Assembly: GCA_050245975.1 (NCBI GenBank)
Contig: JBFWWW010000001.1
Span: forward strand, 1-61,041
Source of the DNA: Hyphomicrobiaceae bacterium
Lineage (GTDB): Bacteria; Pseudomonadota; Alphaproteobacteria; Rhizobiales; Hyphomicrobiaceae
DNA length: 61,041 nucleotides
Direction of reading: 5' to 3'
Made by a program: the position numbers and the translations under genes. Positions 49,459 to 59,205 of the stretch are shown piece by piece. The notes beneath the pieces were generated by a model. The model saw only the letters and a program-made list of their open reading frames with translations, was not told the origin of the DNA and searched no databases. Numbering within the stretch: the first letter of the stretch is position 1; each line of letters begins with the position of its first letter.

Positions 49459-50380
49459 CTCTACCCCCCTCAGGTTTAAAGACCGTCCATGCCTCGGTGA
49501 CCAGCTTCTCGACGTGCTCATCCACGCCATCATATAGGCGATCGAACAGCGTCCTGTTACGAAGCTGATTGAGTCGACGCTGAATGGCACCTAGTTTCCG
49601 CATATTCCATTCGCGACGGTCCATCGCTTTCTGGAAGCCATCCATATAAGGATAGCCGCACTTCAGCACTTGGTAGCGCGGCTCGAGCTTGTTCTGTTCG
49701 CCACGCACGGCCTTCTCGAATTCGAGCGACGTCTTCGTTCGTCCGGTCATGGTCAAGAACACATGCGCGCGCTCACAGGCATCGCCAATTTCGAGTTCGT
49801 CTTCCATGTATTTCACGAAGGCGGAGAGCCCCTGCGTCCCCAGATTATTCGGCGCCGTCGGCAAAATGACTGTGTCGCTCAGGCCGAGGGCTGCTTCTGT
49901 GAAGATCGAAAAGCCCGGGGGACAGTCGAACAGGATCAAGTCGAAGAGGGACCTCTGCTCATCCAGCAGACCTTGCATTGTGTCGCGTGCAAAATTTAGC
50001 GCCGCATCTACCGTCTGCTTGGGCTTTACCAACAGTCGTCGCTCAAAACTGCGTAGCTCATAGTCTCCAGACATCAGGGAGACAGTGCTGGCAGGCGAAA
50101 AGTCCATCGCATCCTTCAGCACATACGCATCCGCGACGGTATTTGGGTGCGACAGACGCTTTTCAAGAAAGTGCTGTAGGCTGGTGCCGGTCCGCCAAGG
50201 AACGCTGTCTTTCGGCACGGCGCCAGTGAGAAGCGTGCTGGCATTGATCTGCGGATCAAGATCGATCACCAGCACGCGCTTGCTTTTCAGGGCCGCCGTA
50301 CCTTCCGCTAACGACAACGTCAGCGTAGTTTTTCCGACACCGCCCTTCATGCTCGCGATCGCCGCAACATGAGCACGCAT
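49397..50380 (-). CDS. ParA/MinD-family P-loop ATPase with a C-terminal extension
   Basis: Deviant Walker A SMKGGVGKTT, then VLVIDLDPQ and LILFDCPPG. Start ATG 50380, 2 nt after the upstream gene's stop. Confidence 0.8.
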   Translation of the reverse strand: MRAHVAAIASMKGGVGKTTLTLSLAEGTAALKSKRVLVIDLDPQINASTLLTGAVPKDSVPWRTGTSLQHFLEKRLSHPNTVADAYVLKDAMDFSPASTVSLMSGDYELRSFERRLLVKPKQTVDAALNFARDTMQGLLDEQRSLFDLILFDCPPGFSIFTEAALGLSDTVILPTAPNNLGTQGLSAFVKYMEDELEIGDACERAHVFLTMTGRTKTSLEFEKAVRGEQNKLEPRYQVLKCGYPYMDGFQKAMDRREWNMRKLGAIQRRLNQLRNRTLFDRLYDGVDEHVEKLVTEAWTVFKPEGGRDGRIPASQGPRGHHPHEARP

Positions 50381-50382
50381 AC

Positions 50383-50934
50383 TCAAAGCTCCTTGCCAAG
50401 CTGCGTCTGTACCCAATCTAAAAGATCCGGAAGGCGGTCTTCCAAGAAATAGTCTACCGCACGGGGAGCTGGATCGAACCGCTCACTGAACAACGCAATG
50501 TCGTAGTCAGTCTCAGGCGCAGCTGATTTCAGACGAATGACACCGATGCCGTGCTTTTGCGCGTGGTAGCGCACATCGGAGAGACGGTGCTCCCATGTCT
50601 CATCACTAGGACAGTGCACTACAACACTAGAGTAGTTCACATACCGCGTGTGCGCGAGAGCCTGGTGCACGGAGCTGACGTCGAAGCCGACGTCTGTCTT
50701 CAGTTCAAAACCGTACAGCTCCAATTCAGGCACTGCGCGTGACCGGTAGCGGCGAACGCAGCCCAAGATCACATCGGGACGCGACCATTGGCCGACAGCT
50801 GGACCGCCACGGGCAGTGTTTTCTACACGCCAAACCGGCGGCACGCCGGCAGGCTGCAACAAATCTCGTCCAAGCCTTGTCTTGAGGAGAACCGTGAACG
50901 GCTCTTCCAGCTGCGATTCCAATACGCCACCCAC
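50383..50934 (-). CDS. PD-(D/E)xK nuclease-superfamily-like protein (183 aa)
   Basis: RPDVIL ... ELYGFELK ... VHQAL has the spacing of the PD-(D/E)xK core. GTG start at 50934. An in-frame TAG lies in the ACTAGT target site just upstream, so the ORF is not interrupted by the IS. Confidence 0.5.
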   Translation of the reverse strand: MGGVLESQLEEPFTVLLKTRLGRDLLQPAGVPPVWRVENTARGGPAVGQWSRPDVILGCVRRYRSRAVPELELYGFELKTDVGFDVSSVHQALAHTRYVNYSSVVVHCPSDETWEHRLSDVRYHAQKHGIGVIRLKSAAPETDYDIALFSERFDPAPRAVDYFLEDRLPDLLDWVQTQLGKEL

Positions 50935-51002
50935 TGCCCGCCCCGTAGCAAACCGAGAGGTTCTGATTGTCGCGCAAGTGGCATCTGTTGGCGAGGACTA
51001 GT

Positions 51003-52048
51003 TGTGAACTTTCAGGAGGTTGTTCATTCGGTCCGGACCGGGGAAGCTGAAGTTGCGAGACACCAACTTCACACCGGGGGACCGAATGAACGTCCACAAG
51101 AATGCCTCTCTGACGCCTAGAGGTCGAGAGGACATGGTGCTGGCGGTCATGCGAGGCGGCCTGAGCCAGGCCGAAACCGCGCGAGCCTTCAACACCAGCC
51201 CGAAGACCGTCGCCAAATGGGTCCGCCGCTTCTGCCATGGCGGCGTCCAGGCCCTCCGTGACCGCTCGTCACGGCCCCATTCCCTGCCGAGCCAGACCCC
51301 GCTTGCCGTCTGCGATACCGTCGAGGCTCTGCGGCGACAGCGCCGCACGCAAGCTGCGATCGCGGCCGAACTCCGCCTGTCGCCGGCAACCGTCAGCCGC
51401 ATCCTCAAGCGCCGCGGCCTCAGCCTGCTCTCCGCACTCGAGCCCGCCACGCCACGCCCGCGCTATGAACGCGCTACGCCCGGCGAGATCATCCACATCG
51501 ACATCAAAAAACTCGGCCGCTCAATGCCGTCGGCCATCGCATCACCGGCAACCGAGCCCGTCAGAGCAATCAGCGCCAGAACGGCACTGCGCCCGGCTGG
51601 GAATACGTCCACGTCGCCGTCGACGACCACTCCCGCGTCGCCTTCTCGCAGATCAAGCCTAGCGAGAAGAAGGAGCCCGCCGTCGAGCACCTGATCGCCG
51701 CCGTCGCCTACTACCGGCGCCTCGGCATCGAAGTCGAGCGCGTCATGACCGACAACGGACCCTGCTATCAGTCGAAGCTCTGGGCGAAGACGTGCCGCAG
51801 GCTCGGCATCAAGCACCTGCGCACCAAGCCCTATACGCCGCAGACCAACGGCAAGGCCGAGAGATTCATCCAGACCGCCTTGCGCGAATGGGCCTACGCC
51901 ACCGCCTTCGAAACGTCAGACCAGCGACGCGACGAGCTGCCGCGATGGTTGCACCGATACAACTGGCACAGGCCCCATGCCAGCCTCGGCCAGAGGCCGC
52001 CAATCAGCCGTCTCCGCCTGACCAGGAACAACCTCCTGAGGAACCACA
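51003..52048 (+). mobile_element. IS481-family insertion sequence (1046 bp) with 6-bp target duplication ACTAGT
   Basis: Imperfect terminal inverted repeats TGTGAACTTTCAGGAGGTTGTTC / TGTGGTTCCTCAGGAGGTTGTTC. ACTAGT occurs at 50997..51002 and 52049..52054. The transposase stop TAG lies in the duplicated CTAG, as is typical for IS481. Confidence 0.85.
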
Positions 52049-52053
52049 ACTAG
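51086..52053 (+). pseudogene. IS481-family DDE transposase, reading frame broken
   Basis: The N-terminal frame (MNVHKNASLTPRGRE...IHIDIKKLGR) and the C-terminal frame (NAVGHRITGNR...VHVAVDDHSRVAF...TDNGPCY...TNGKAERF...) are offset by -1. The switch lies between the A6 tract (51506..51511) and about 51522. Confidence 0.8.
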
Positions 52054-52402
52054 TCTGCGCTTGGATCGCCTTCGCTGGCCCCGGAGTTCTCCCACGGCTC
52101 AAAACAACGGGTTGCTTTCGCTACTGATGGTCGCACCATCGTGACAGCGGGCTACGGGTGCCGCCCAACCGTCTGCTCGACCTCATCGTCCCATTCAAAC
52201 GTGATCTATATCGCCGCGTCGTAACGGAGTTCACGCCATACCTCTCGGGCGTTTGAAGCCCGGCAGTTAACTTGGCCGCCGATCATTTGCACACGGCCAA
52301 GGGCAGGCGCCGCGCGGCATGACGCCGCCACGCCCAAAAGGCAGAGCTCCAAATCGATCGCGCCCAGTACCGCACTTCCCGCCGGCAGATCGACTAGAGA
52401 AA

Positions 52403-53761
52403 TCACAAAATTTCAATAATATAGGGGTCCGTGCTTATATTCAGTCTGGGGTGCCGGGCAAGATTCGAACCCTCGTCCCGGAGGCAAGAGCAGCTAGCAT
52501 CCTTTCGGGACTTGATCTCCGCGGCCTCATTGTATCCACCGTAAACCGTTTCGACCGTCCCTTTGACGGCTTCACCGCCACGTGCGTGCTCGACCCACTG
52601 CTGCATCAGCCGCCGCCGCTCATCGAGAAAGTCCGACCGCAGGTAGGCCGCCCGCACCTTGTCTGGGATGACGTGCGCGAGCGCTGCCTCCGAAACCTCA
52701 TCCCGGACCTTGGCGACCTCGGCAGCCCACATCTTGAAGCTCGACCGGAAGCCATGGACCGTTGCCCGATCCGCGATGTCCATGTCGCGCAGCGCCTTGG
52801 TCAACGTCATGTCCGACAGCGGCACGTCATCATCGGTGCCAGGGAACACGAGATCGGATTTGCGGCCCAGGACGCGCACACGGGCGAGGACATCAACGCA
52901 TGGTGTAGGGAGTGGCACGACGTGCGGCCGCTTGGCCTTCATGCGTTCAGCCGAAATGGCCCAGAGAGCCGCCTTCTCGTCGATCTCGTCCCAGCGGGCG
53001 CCGCGCGTCTCGCCGCTGCGGCTGGCCGTCAGAATGAGCCACTCCAGCGCCAGCCGCGCCATGGTCGGCGGCAGGGCACGCAGCCGTACAACAAACGCCG
53101 GCACGTCGGCATAGGGCAGCGACCGGTGATGCCGGACAGCACGCGACCGGCCGCCAAGCTCCTGCGCGACACCGATGCAAGGCGAGGCCTGCTCGCGCGC
53201 ACCACGCAAGATCGCGGACTTGAACACGGCTTCGATGCGCTGGAGAACGCGGTGCGCCGTCTCCCGCTTGTCGAACCAGATGGGCGCCAAGATATCGATG
53301 ATCTCGTGTGGCTGGATCAGTGAGACAGCACGGCTGCCGATATGCGGGAAGACGTAGGTCTCCATGGTCGCGCGCCACTGCGCGCTGTGCTTGGGATTGG
53401 CGAGCGTCTGCGCCTTCAATGCGAAGAACGCCTCGAAGGCCTGCCGGAACGTCATGGCCCGCAGATTGCGCGCCTTGTCTTCAGCAACAAGATCGCGCCC
53501 TTCCTTGGCGGCGGACCGGATGGCGTCTGCGCGGCGCCGTGCGGCTTCGAGGGTCACGGCCGGATATGAGCCGAGCCCGAACTCACGGCGCTTGCCACGG
53601 ATCGTGATGCGCATGACCCAGCGTCGGTGTCTGGCGTCCGTCACAACGAAACGCAAGCCGCCACCATCCTCATGGGTCCCGGCTGTCCGGGTTGCCCGGA
53701 TCCTGGCGGAACTCAACCGATACAGACCGCGAACGCCAGCCACGCTGATCCCCCAATCCAT
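52403..53761 (-). CDS. int: P4-type tyrosine integrase (Arm-binding DUF4102-like N-terminus)
   Basis: EDGGGLRFVV..RRWVMRITIRGKRREFGLGSYPAVTLEAARRRA (arm-binding domain), and the catalytic region with HGFRSSF and LAHV...AYLRSD. Adjacent to the tRNA. Start ATG 53761 or GTG 53743. Confidence 0.85.
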   Translation of the reverse strand: MDWGISVAGVRGLYRLSSARIRATRTAGTHEDGGGLRFVVTDARHRRWVMRITIRGKRREFGLGSYPAVTLEAARRRADAIRSAAKEGRDLVAEDKARNLRAMTFRQAFEAFFALKAQTLANPKHSAQWRATMETYVFPHIGSRAVSLIQPHEIIDILAPIWFDKRETAHRVLQRIEAVFKSAILRGAREQASPCIGVAQELGGRSRAVRHHRSLPYADVPAFVVRLRALPPTMARLALEWLILTASRSGETRGARWDEIDEKAALWAISAERMKAKRPHVVPLPTPCVDVLARVRVLGRKSDLVFPGTDDDVPLSDMTLTKALRDMDIADRATVHGFRSSFKMWAAEVAKVRDEVSEAALAHVIPDKVRAAYLRSDFLDERRRLMQQWVEHARGGEAVKGTVETVYGGYNEAAEIKSRKDASCSCLRDEGSNLARHPRLNISTDPYIIEIL

Positions 53762-53769
53762 CCCCCAAT
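53748..53769. repeat. pair of ATCCCCCAAT motifs 12 bp apart (putative arm-type sites, attR side)
   Basis: ATCCCCCAAT at 53748 and 53760. Same motif, spacing and orientation as 28048/28060. Confidence 0.5.
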
Positions 53770-53903
53770 CGGAATGCGATGCCAGGGTGCACCGAGGAGC
53801 GTCAGAACACAAGTCGAACGCAGCAAACAGTTGAAATCAAGCGGCTATTTGGAACAATCCGGAGCATCGAGGCACGACCGGACACATTGCGATTTTTGGG
53901 GAT

Positions 53904-53996
53904 TGGCGGAGACGGAGGGATTCGAACCCTCGATACGCCTTTAGAGCGTATAACGGTTTAGCAAACCGCCGCCTTCAGCCACTCGGCCACGTCTCC
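53904..53996 (-). tRNA. tRNA-Ser (anticodon GCT), class II with long variable arm, encoded CCA
   Basis: The minus strand reads GGAGACGTGGCCGAGTGGCTGAAGGCGGCGGTTTGCTAAACCGT-[variable arm TATACGCTCTAAAGGCGTAT]-CGAGGGTTCGAATCCCTCCGTCTCCGCCA. The 7-bp acceptor stem pairs, the T-loop is GTTCGAATC and the anticodon loop is TTGCTAA. Confidence 0.9.
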
Positions 53997-54302
53997 AGCG
54001 CGATCAGGCTATAAAGAGCGGGTGGCGCAATTGCAAGCCGCGGGAACCTCTGTGGACGAGCGGCGCGGCCGGCAGCGGCTGCGGCAACAGCAAGCGGCGC
54101 GACCGACATCTCGCCGGCAGGCGCCCGCGAGGCCTGCGAGGCGGGACACGCCAGCCGGGCGGCCGGCAGGTGCGCCGATGCCGGCAAGCCGTGCGTCGCG
54201 ACTGTCTCCTCCCGCAACCTCATGCGAGCGGCCGCGGCGCGGTTGCGCATGGACGGAACGGTCGTGGCGGCTAGAATGCGCCAGCCGCAGGGAGAAAACG
54301 TC

Positions 54303-54926
54303 ATGCTCAAGATTTACGGCCGGGCCAATTCCATCAATGTGCGCAAGGTCCTCTGGGTCGCCGATGAACTCGGGCTCAAGTACGAGCGCGAAGACTGGGG
54401 CCGCGGCTTCAAGCCGACCGACAGCCCCGAGTTCAAGAAGCTGAACCCGATGGCCGTCGTGCCGGTGATCGACGATGAGGGATTCATCCTGCGCGAGTCG
54501 AACGCCATCACGCGCTATCTCGCGGCCAAGGGGAAACGGGAAGATCTCTATCCGTCCGAGGTCAAAGCACGCGCCGTCATCAATGCCTGGATGGACTGGG
54601 GCGCGACCGACCTCTATTGGGGCGTGCGGCCGGTGTTCATAGGGCTGTACATGAAGCTGCCGGCGATGAACGATCCCAAGCTGATCGAGGCCGGCCGGTC
54701 GAGCTGGACGCAGCAGATGAAACTTCTGGACGACTATCTGGCCGCAGGCAGCCCCTATCTCGCCGGCACCAACTTCACCATTGCCGATATCCCGACGGGT
54801 CTGGTCGTGAACCGGTGGTTCGGCATCGAGTTCGACAAGCCGAAGCTTCCTGCCGTGAGCGCCTACTACGAGCGGCTGAGCGAGCGGCCGGCCTACCGGG
54901 CGCACGGGCGCAACGGCACGCCGTGA
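54303..54926 (+). CDS. glutathione S-transferase
   Basis: MLKIYGRANSINVRKVLW...VPVIDDEGFILRESNAITRYL (thioredoxin-like GST N-domain) plus a helical C-domain. ATG 54303 follows GGGAGAA. Confidence 0.85.
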   Translation: MLKIYGRANSINVRKVLWVADELGLKYEREDWGRGFKPTDSPEFKKLNPMAVVPVIDDEGFILRESNAITRYLAAKGKREDLYPSEVKARAVINAWMDWGATDLYWGVRPVFIGLYMKLPAMNDPKLIEAGRSSWTQQMKLLDDYLAAGSPYLAGTNFTIADIPTGLVVNRWFGIEFDKPKLPAVSAYYERLSERPAYRAHGRNGTP

Positions 54927-54964
54927 CGCGGCGCAGCAGCACCGGGTTCCGCACTATCTCGGAA

Positions 54965-55540
54965 ATGCCGCATTCGCGGTCCATCTGCGCCTCGATGACC
55001 CGTGGAGCACCTTGGCAACGGCTGACGAAGCTGGCGATGCTGGTGGTGGCGCCCCTGCCAGCCACCGTTCTGGCGCGCCCGGCATCGGCACAGGAATATT
55101 GCATCTCCTGCTCGGGCCCCGAGACCATCTATCGCTGCATCATCGACGGCGCGCGGCCCGGCGGGCGGCAGCCGCTGCAGATGCTGTGCGTGACGACGAT
55201 GGCCAAGCAGGGCGGACACGCGAGCTGCAGCGTCAAGAGCGGCACCGTTTTCGACTGTAACGGCAGCGTGCGGCACATCCCGTTCGAGGCGGCGCAGGGC
55301 GATCAGGTGCCGCCGGTGCAGACGGCTCCCACCGGCGCGCCGGCCAAGCCGACGACGGGGCCCGCCGGCGAGCCGCGCACGATCGTGGATATGGCAAAGC
55401 GCGCCAACAAGGCGACGGAAGAGCAGATCCAGGAAGCCGGCGACGACGTGAAAACTTCCGTCAAGTCGACGGGCGACGCCATCAAGGGCGCGGCCAAGAA
55501 GACGTGGTCCTGCGTCACGTCGCTGTTTTTCAAATGCTGA
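54965..55540 (+). CDS. secreted Cys-rich protein of unknown function
   Basis: Signal-like LAMLVVAPLPATVLARPASA-QE, several cysteines and a Pro/Ala/Lys-rich C-terminal half. Alternative start ATG 54995. Confidence 0.5.
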   Translation: MPHSRSICASMTRGAPWQRLTKLAMLVVAPLPATVLARPASAQEYCISCSGPETIYRCIIDGARPGGRQPLQMLCVTTMAKQGGHASCSVKSGTVFDCNGSVRHIPFEAAQGDQVPPVQTAPTGAPAKPTTGPAGEPRTIVDMAKRANKATEEQIQEAGDDVKTSVKSTGDAIKGAAKKTWSCVTSLFFKC

Positions 55541-55580
55541 GGCGACAAGCCCCGGCGCAGGCCGCGCCGAGGCATCGACG

Positions 55581-55877
55581 TCAGTGGCGGGTGAGCCACT
55601 CGCGGGCCAGCTTCTGCGCGCGCGCGACCTCGGCCTTGGTCATTTCCAGCGCAAGCTCGGAGCGGTAGCGGCGCGCTTCGACGCTGCCGCGCATCGCCGC
55701 GAGATTGAACCACTTGTGGGCCGTGACCAGGTCCAACGCCACCTCGCGGCCGGCGCAATACATGATGCCCAGCGCGAACAGCGCGTCAGGACCCATAGCC
55801 GTGCCCTGACCTCGCCCCTGCGCCGGACCGTAACCGGCATCGATGCTGTCATGACCGGCTGTTTGCAGGCGTGCCAT
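55581..55877 (-). CDS. Sel1-like repeat (TPR-like) protein
   Basis: LFALGIMYCAGREVALDLVTAHKWFNLAAMRGSVEA is a Sel1 repeat. ATG 55877 follows GGAGAG. Confidence 0.7.
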   Translation of the reverse strand: MARLQTAGHDSIDAGYGPAQGRGQGTAMGPDALFALGIMYCAGREVALDLVTAHKWFNLAAMRGSVEARRYRSELALEMTKAEVARAQKLAREWLTRH

Positions 55878-56246
55878 GAAACTCTCCAACACTCGCCGGT
55901 ACAGGGCCGGCATCGTTACTCGGAGCGGAAAATTCCGCCGGCAGCCCGCGGGCCGCTGCAACAAACCTTCTCAGCGATTGGATGAGAACGCGTAAATTTG
56001 TCAGCAAATTCAGCGCTCTTGCGAGGAACTCAGGGTTAGCGCCGCACCACCGGACGCGCCAGATTGGAGCGTTCCGTGCCGGAACGAACGGCGGTTAGGG
56101 AGTTGTTAGCGGTCGCGGTCAGGATCGACTAACCAAGCCGGAAAAATTCTCTGCCGTGGCCGATTTTTCAGGGCGCGCGGCACTGCGGGGCCAAGAGCCG
56201 CCGCCACGCCTCTTGAGAGGCGGCCCGCGCATGCCCAACTGAAGAG

Positions 56247-56657
56247 ATGGATCGTCTTGCGATGCGCGCGGCGATGCCCTTGCCCGTGTGGCGTCCAGGG
56301 GCCGGCACCAGCGTTCCGACGCCGATGGAGGGGTTCATGGCACTGCGCATTTCCGGCCTCATGTCGCGGCTCAACGGGCGCGTGCTCGCAACGCTCGGCC
56401 TCGTGCTGACGATGGGACTGATCGTGTGGTGGCTCGAGACGCACCCGCTGATGCTGCCGATGCTGAGCCTCAAGCTGCTCCTGCTCGCCGTCGTGAGCTT
56501 CGTCATCGACCGCATCTGGCCCGGCGCCATCCTCGCCGGAACCTTCACGCTGAGACACCTGACCGGCGCCCTGGTCTTCGCCGCAATCGTCCTGGCGCTC
56601 GCCGCCGACCCGGAGGACGTGCTGCCCGCGATGGACGGAGCGGCGCCGCCCAAGTAG
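56247..56657 (+). CDS. small membrane protein, unknown function
   Basis: Three hydrophobic segments (LATLGLVLTMGLIVWWL, LKLLLLAVVSFVI, ALVFAAIVLALAA). Start uncertain, and an antisense ORF also exists. Confidence 0.35.
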   Translation: MDRLAMRAAMPLPVWRPGAGTSVPTPMEGFMALRISGLMSRLNGRVLATLGLVLTMGLIVWWLETHPLMLPMLSLKLLLLAVVSFVIDRIWPGAILAGTFTLRHLTGALVFAAIVLALAADPEDVLPAMDGAAPPK

Positions 56658-56710
56658 GGGCGCTCGCTCGGCGGCTCCAAAGGCTCGCCAATATCAAGAC
56701 CGGAACGGCT

Positions 56711-57418
56711 TCAGGACTTGCGGGCACGCTGACCGAAGAGAACCTTCTGGGCTTCCTTGTCCTGCGCCAGGTTGTAGTTGCTGCGCAGTTCCTCGCCGAC
56801 CTTGACGGCCCTGGCGACAGCGGGGCGGTCGTGCATGCGCTTGTACCAGGCCTCGAGGTGGGGGAATTCGGCGATGTCCTGGCCCTGGTTCTTGTAGGGA
56901 CGCACCCAGGGGTAGGACGCCATGTCGGCAATGGAGTAATCGCCGGCGAGATACGGACGATCCGCCAGGCGGATGTTCATCACGCCATAAAGCCGGTGCA
57001 CCTCGTTGGTGTAGCGGTCGATGCCGTAAGCGATCTTCTCCGGCGCGTAGTTGCGGAAGTGATGCGCCTGCCCCGCCATCGGCCCGAGGTTTGCCATCTG
57101 CCAGTAGAGCCATTGCTCAACCTCGACACGCGCGCGCTCCTCGCCGGGATAGAACTTGCCGGTCTTGCGGCCGAGATACTGCAGGATGGCGCCAGACTCG
57201 AAGATGGAGATGGGCTTGCCGCCCGGGCCGTCGGGATCAACGATTGCCGGCATGCGATTGTTGGGCGCGATCGCCAGGAATTCCGGCTTGAACTGCTCGC
57301 CGCGGCCGATGTTCACGGGCTTGATGACATAGGGCAGCCCGCACTCCTCGCACATGATGGTGATCTTGTGCCCGTTCGGCGTGGGCCAGTAGTGGATCTC
57401 GATCGGTCGCTGCGTCAT
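56711..57418 (-). CDS. Nu-class glutathione S-transferase (YfcG/YghU-like)
   Basis: IEIHYWPTPNGHKITIMCEE...NNRMPAIVD...ISIFESGAILQYL is the YfcG-type pattern. Confidence 0.85.
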   Translation of the reverse strand: MTQRPIEIHYWPTPNGHKITIMCEECGLPYVIKPVNIGRGEQFKPEFLAIAPNNRMPAIVDPDGPGGKPISIFESGAILQYLGRKTGKFYPGEERARVEVEQWLYWQMANLGPMAGQAHHFRNYAPEKIAYGIDRYTNEVHRLYGVMNIRLADRPYLAGDYSIADMASYPWVRPYKNQGQDIAEFPHLEAWYKRMHDRPAVARAVKVGEELRSNYNLAQDKEAQKVLFGQRARKS

Positions 57419-57489
57419 GGGCGGTGATCCTTTGTCTTGGGAGCGGGCGGGTCATGGGCCTGCATGGGCCTGCCCGCTCCGGTTCAGCG

Positions 57490-58464
57490 TCAGGGAAGGA
57501 GAACAATGGAACCGGTGGTCTTGCGGCCCTCCAGATCGCGATGAGCCTGCGCGGCATCCTTGAGGGCATAGGTGTGATTGACGTTGATCTTGACGATGCC
57601 CTTGGCGACGACATCGAACAGCTCGTTGGCGTTGGCGAGCAGATCGGCGCGCTTGGCGACATAAGTCTGCAGCGTGGGTCGTGTCGCATATAGAGAGCCC
57701 TTGGCGGCCAGGATGCCGATGTCCATGCCCGTGATGGCGCCGGACGCGTTGCCGAAGCTCACCCACAGGCCGAGCGGCTTGAGACAATCGAGCGAGCCGG
57801 GGAAGGTGTCCTTGCCGATGGAATCGTAGACGACGTCGCATCCCTTGCCGCCGGTTATCTCCTTCACGCGCTCGGGGAAGCTCTCGGTCTTGTAGTTGAT
57901 GACGTGCGCGCAGCCATTGGCCTTGGCCAGCTCCGCCTTCTCCGACGTGCTGACCGTGCCGATGATGGTCGCGCCGAGATGGCGGGCCCACTGGCAGGCG
58001 ATGAGGCCGATGCCTCCCGCGGCGGCATGCATGAGCATCGTCGTGCCCTTGCCGACCTTGTAAGTCTCACGCAGCAGGTAGCGCACCGTCATGCCTTGCA
58101 GCATCATCGCCGCAGCCAGCTTGTCGTCGATGCTGTCCGGAAGCTTGACGAGGCGGTCGGCGGGAATGAGACGCTCCTCGGCGTAGCCGCCGATGACGCC
58201 CGCGTATGCACCGCGGTCGCCGACCTTGAAGTCGGTCACGCCGGGACCGACGGCAACAACTTCGCCGGCACCCTCCGAGCCGATGATGGCCGGCAGCGCG
58301 GCCAGCTTGTAGAGGCCGGAACGGTGATAGGCGTCGAGGAAATTCACTCCGACCGCTTTCTGCTTCAGCTTGACCTGGCCGGGGCCTGGTGCGCCGGCAT
58401 CGACCTCCTCCCACTTCATGACGTCGGGACCGCCCTGCGCATGAATGCGGATAGCGTGTGCCAT
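57490..58464 (-). CDS. qor: NADPH:quinone oxidoreductase (zeta-crystallin-like MDR)
   Basis: GVNFLDAYHRSGLY, AAGGIGLIACQWA and the overall MDR architecture without Zn ligands. Confidence 0.85.
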   Translation of the reverse strand: MAHAIRIHAQGGPDVMKWEEVDAGAPGPGQVKLKQKAVGVNFLDAYHRSGLYKLAALPAIIGSEGAGEVVAVGPGVTDFKVGDRGAYAGVIGGYAEERLIPADRLVKLPDSIDDKLAAAMMLQGMTVRYLLRETYKVGKGTTMLMHAAAGGIGLIACQWARHLGATIIGTVSTSEKAELAKANGCAHVINYKTESFPERVKEITGGKGCDVVYDSIGKDTFPGSLDCLKPLGLWVSFGNASGAITGMDIGILAAKGSLYATRPTLQTYVAKRADLLANANELFDVVAKGIVKINVNHTYALKDAAQAHRDLEGRKTTGSIVLLP

Positions 58465-58650
58465 TTTCTTGTCTCCTCAACCTGTAAGCGGGTTCCAACG
58501 ACGCGCCGGCGGGGGTAAAAGCAATTCCGAGGAACGTGGCACGAACGGGTGGGACCGGCCACGCAATACTTTGTTAGAAGGCGCGAAGGCGCCTTACGGC
58601 CGCCACGCCGGATTTTTATGGGCTTGGCGTCGGGTTCTCAAGAGGGAAGC

Positions 58651-59121
58651 ATGCCAACCGTCCGCCACCGCGCAGGAGGCCGGCCCACAGCCGGCCTGAC
58701 AACGAGCCTCGCCATGATCCTGCTGACCGGAGCGCTCGGCGCCGGCTGCGCCGGCCTTTCGTTCGGCAATTCAGAGCCGGACCAGACCGCCTGCGTCGAC
58801 GACTCGCATGAATGCATCGGGCGGCGTCAGGCAGAGCTCAAGTCGCTGATGGCCGACCGGCAGCGCAAATGGGTGCGCGAGCCGGCAACCCCGCACGCCT
58901 ACGCATCGGGAGTGCGCATGTTCGCATTCCGCGGCAGCCGCCGCATGCTGTCGTGCGACGAGCTGGCCATCGGACGCCGCGAGGCGGACCAGGCTCCGCA
59001 CATCCTGCGCGGACCATCCGCGCAGTCGCTGTCCCCAGCGCAGGTCTCGCGCGGCGTCATGCTGGCGACCGAGGTGAGCCGGGAACTGGCTTCCGAAATG
59101 AAGCGGCGCTGCCGCGCATGA
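58651..59121 (+). CDS. putative lipoprotein
   Basis: Lipobox-like LTGALGAGC after a basic N-terminus. ATG 58651 follows GAGGGAAG. Confidence 0.5.
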   Translation: MPTVRHRAGGRPTAGLTTSLAMILLTGALGAGCAGLSFGNSEPDQTACVDDSHECIGRRQAELKSLMADRQRKWVREPATPHAYASGVRMFAFRGSRRMLSCDELAIGRREADQAPHILRGPSAQSLSPAQVSRGVMLATEVSRELASEMKRRCRA

Positions 59122-59205
59122 CGCGCACGGCACATTGACAAGTCCCACGCGGTCGGGCCTTGCTCTCGCGGGACGTGCCGCCAGCGCCAACGGGGACTTT
59201 CGCGC

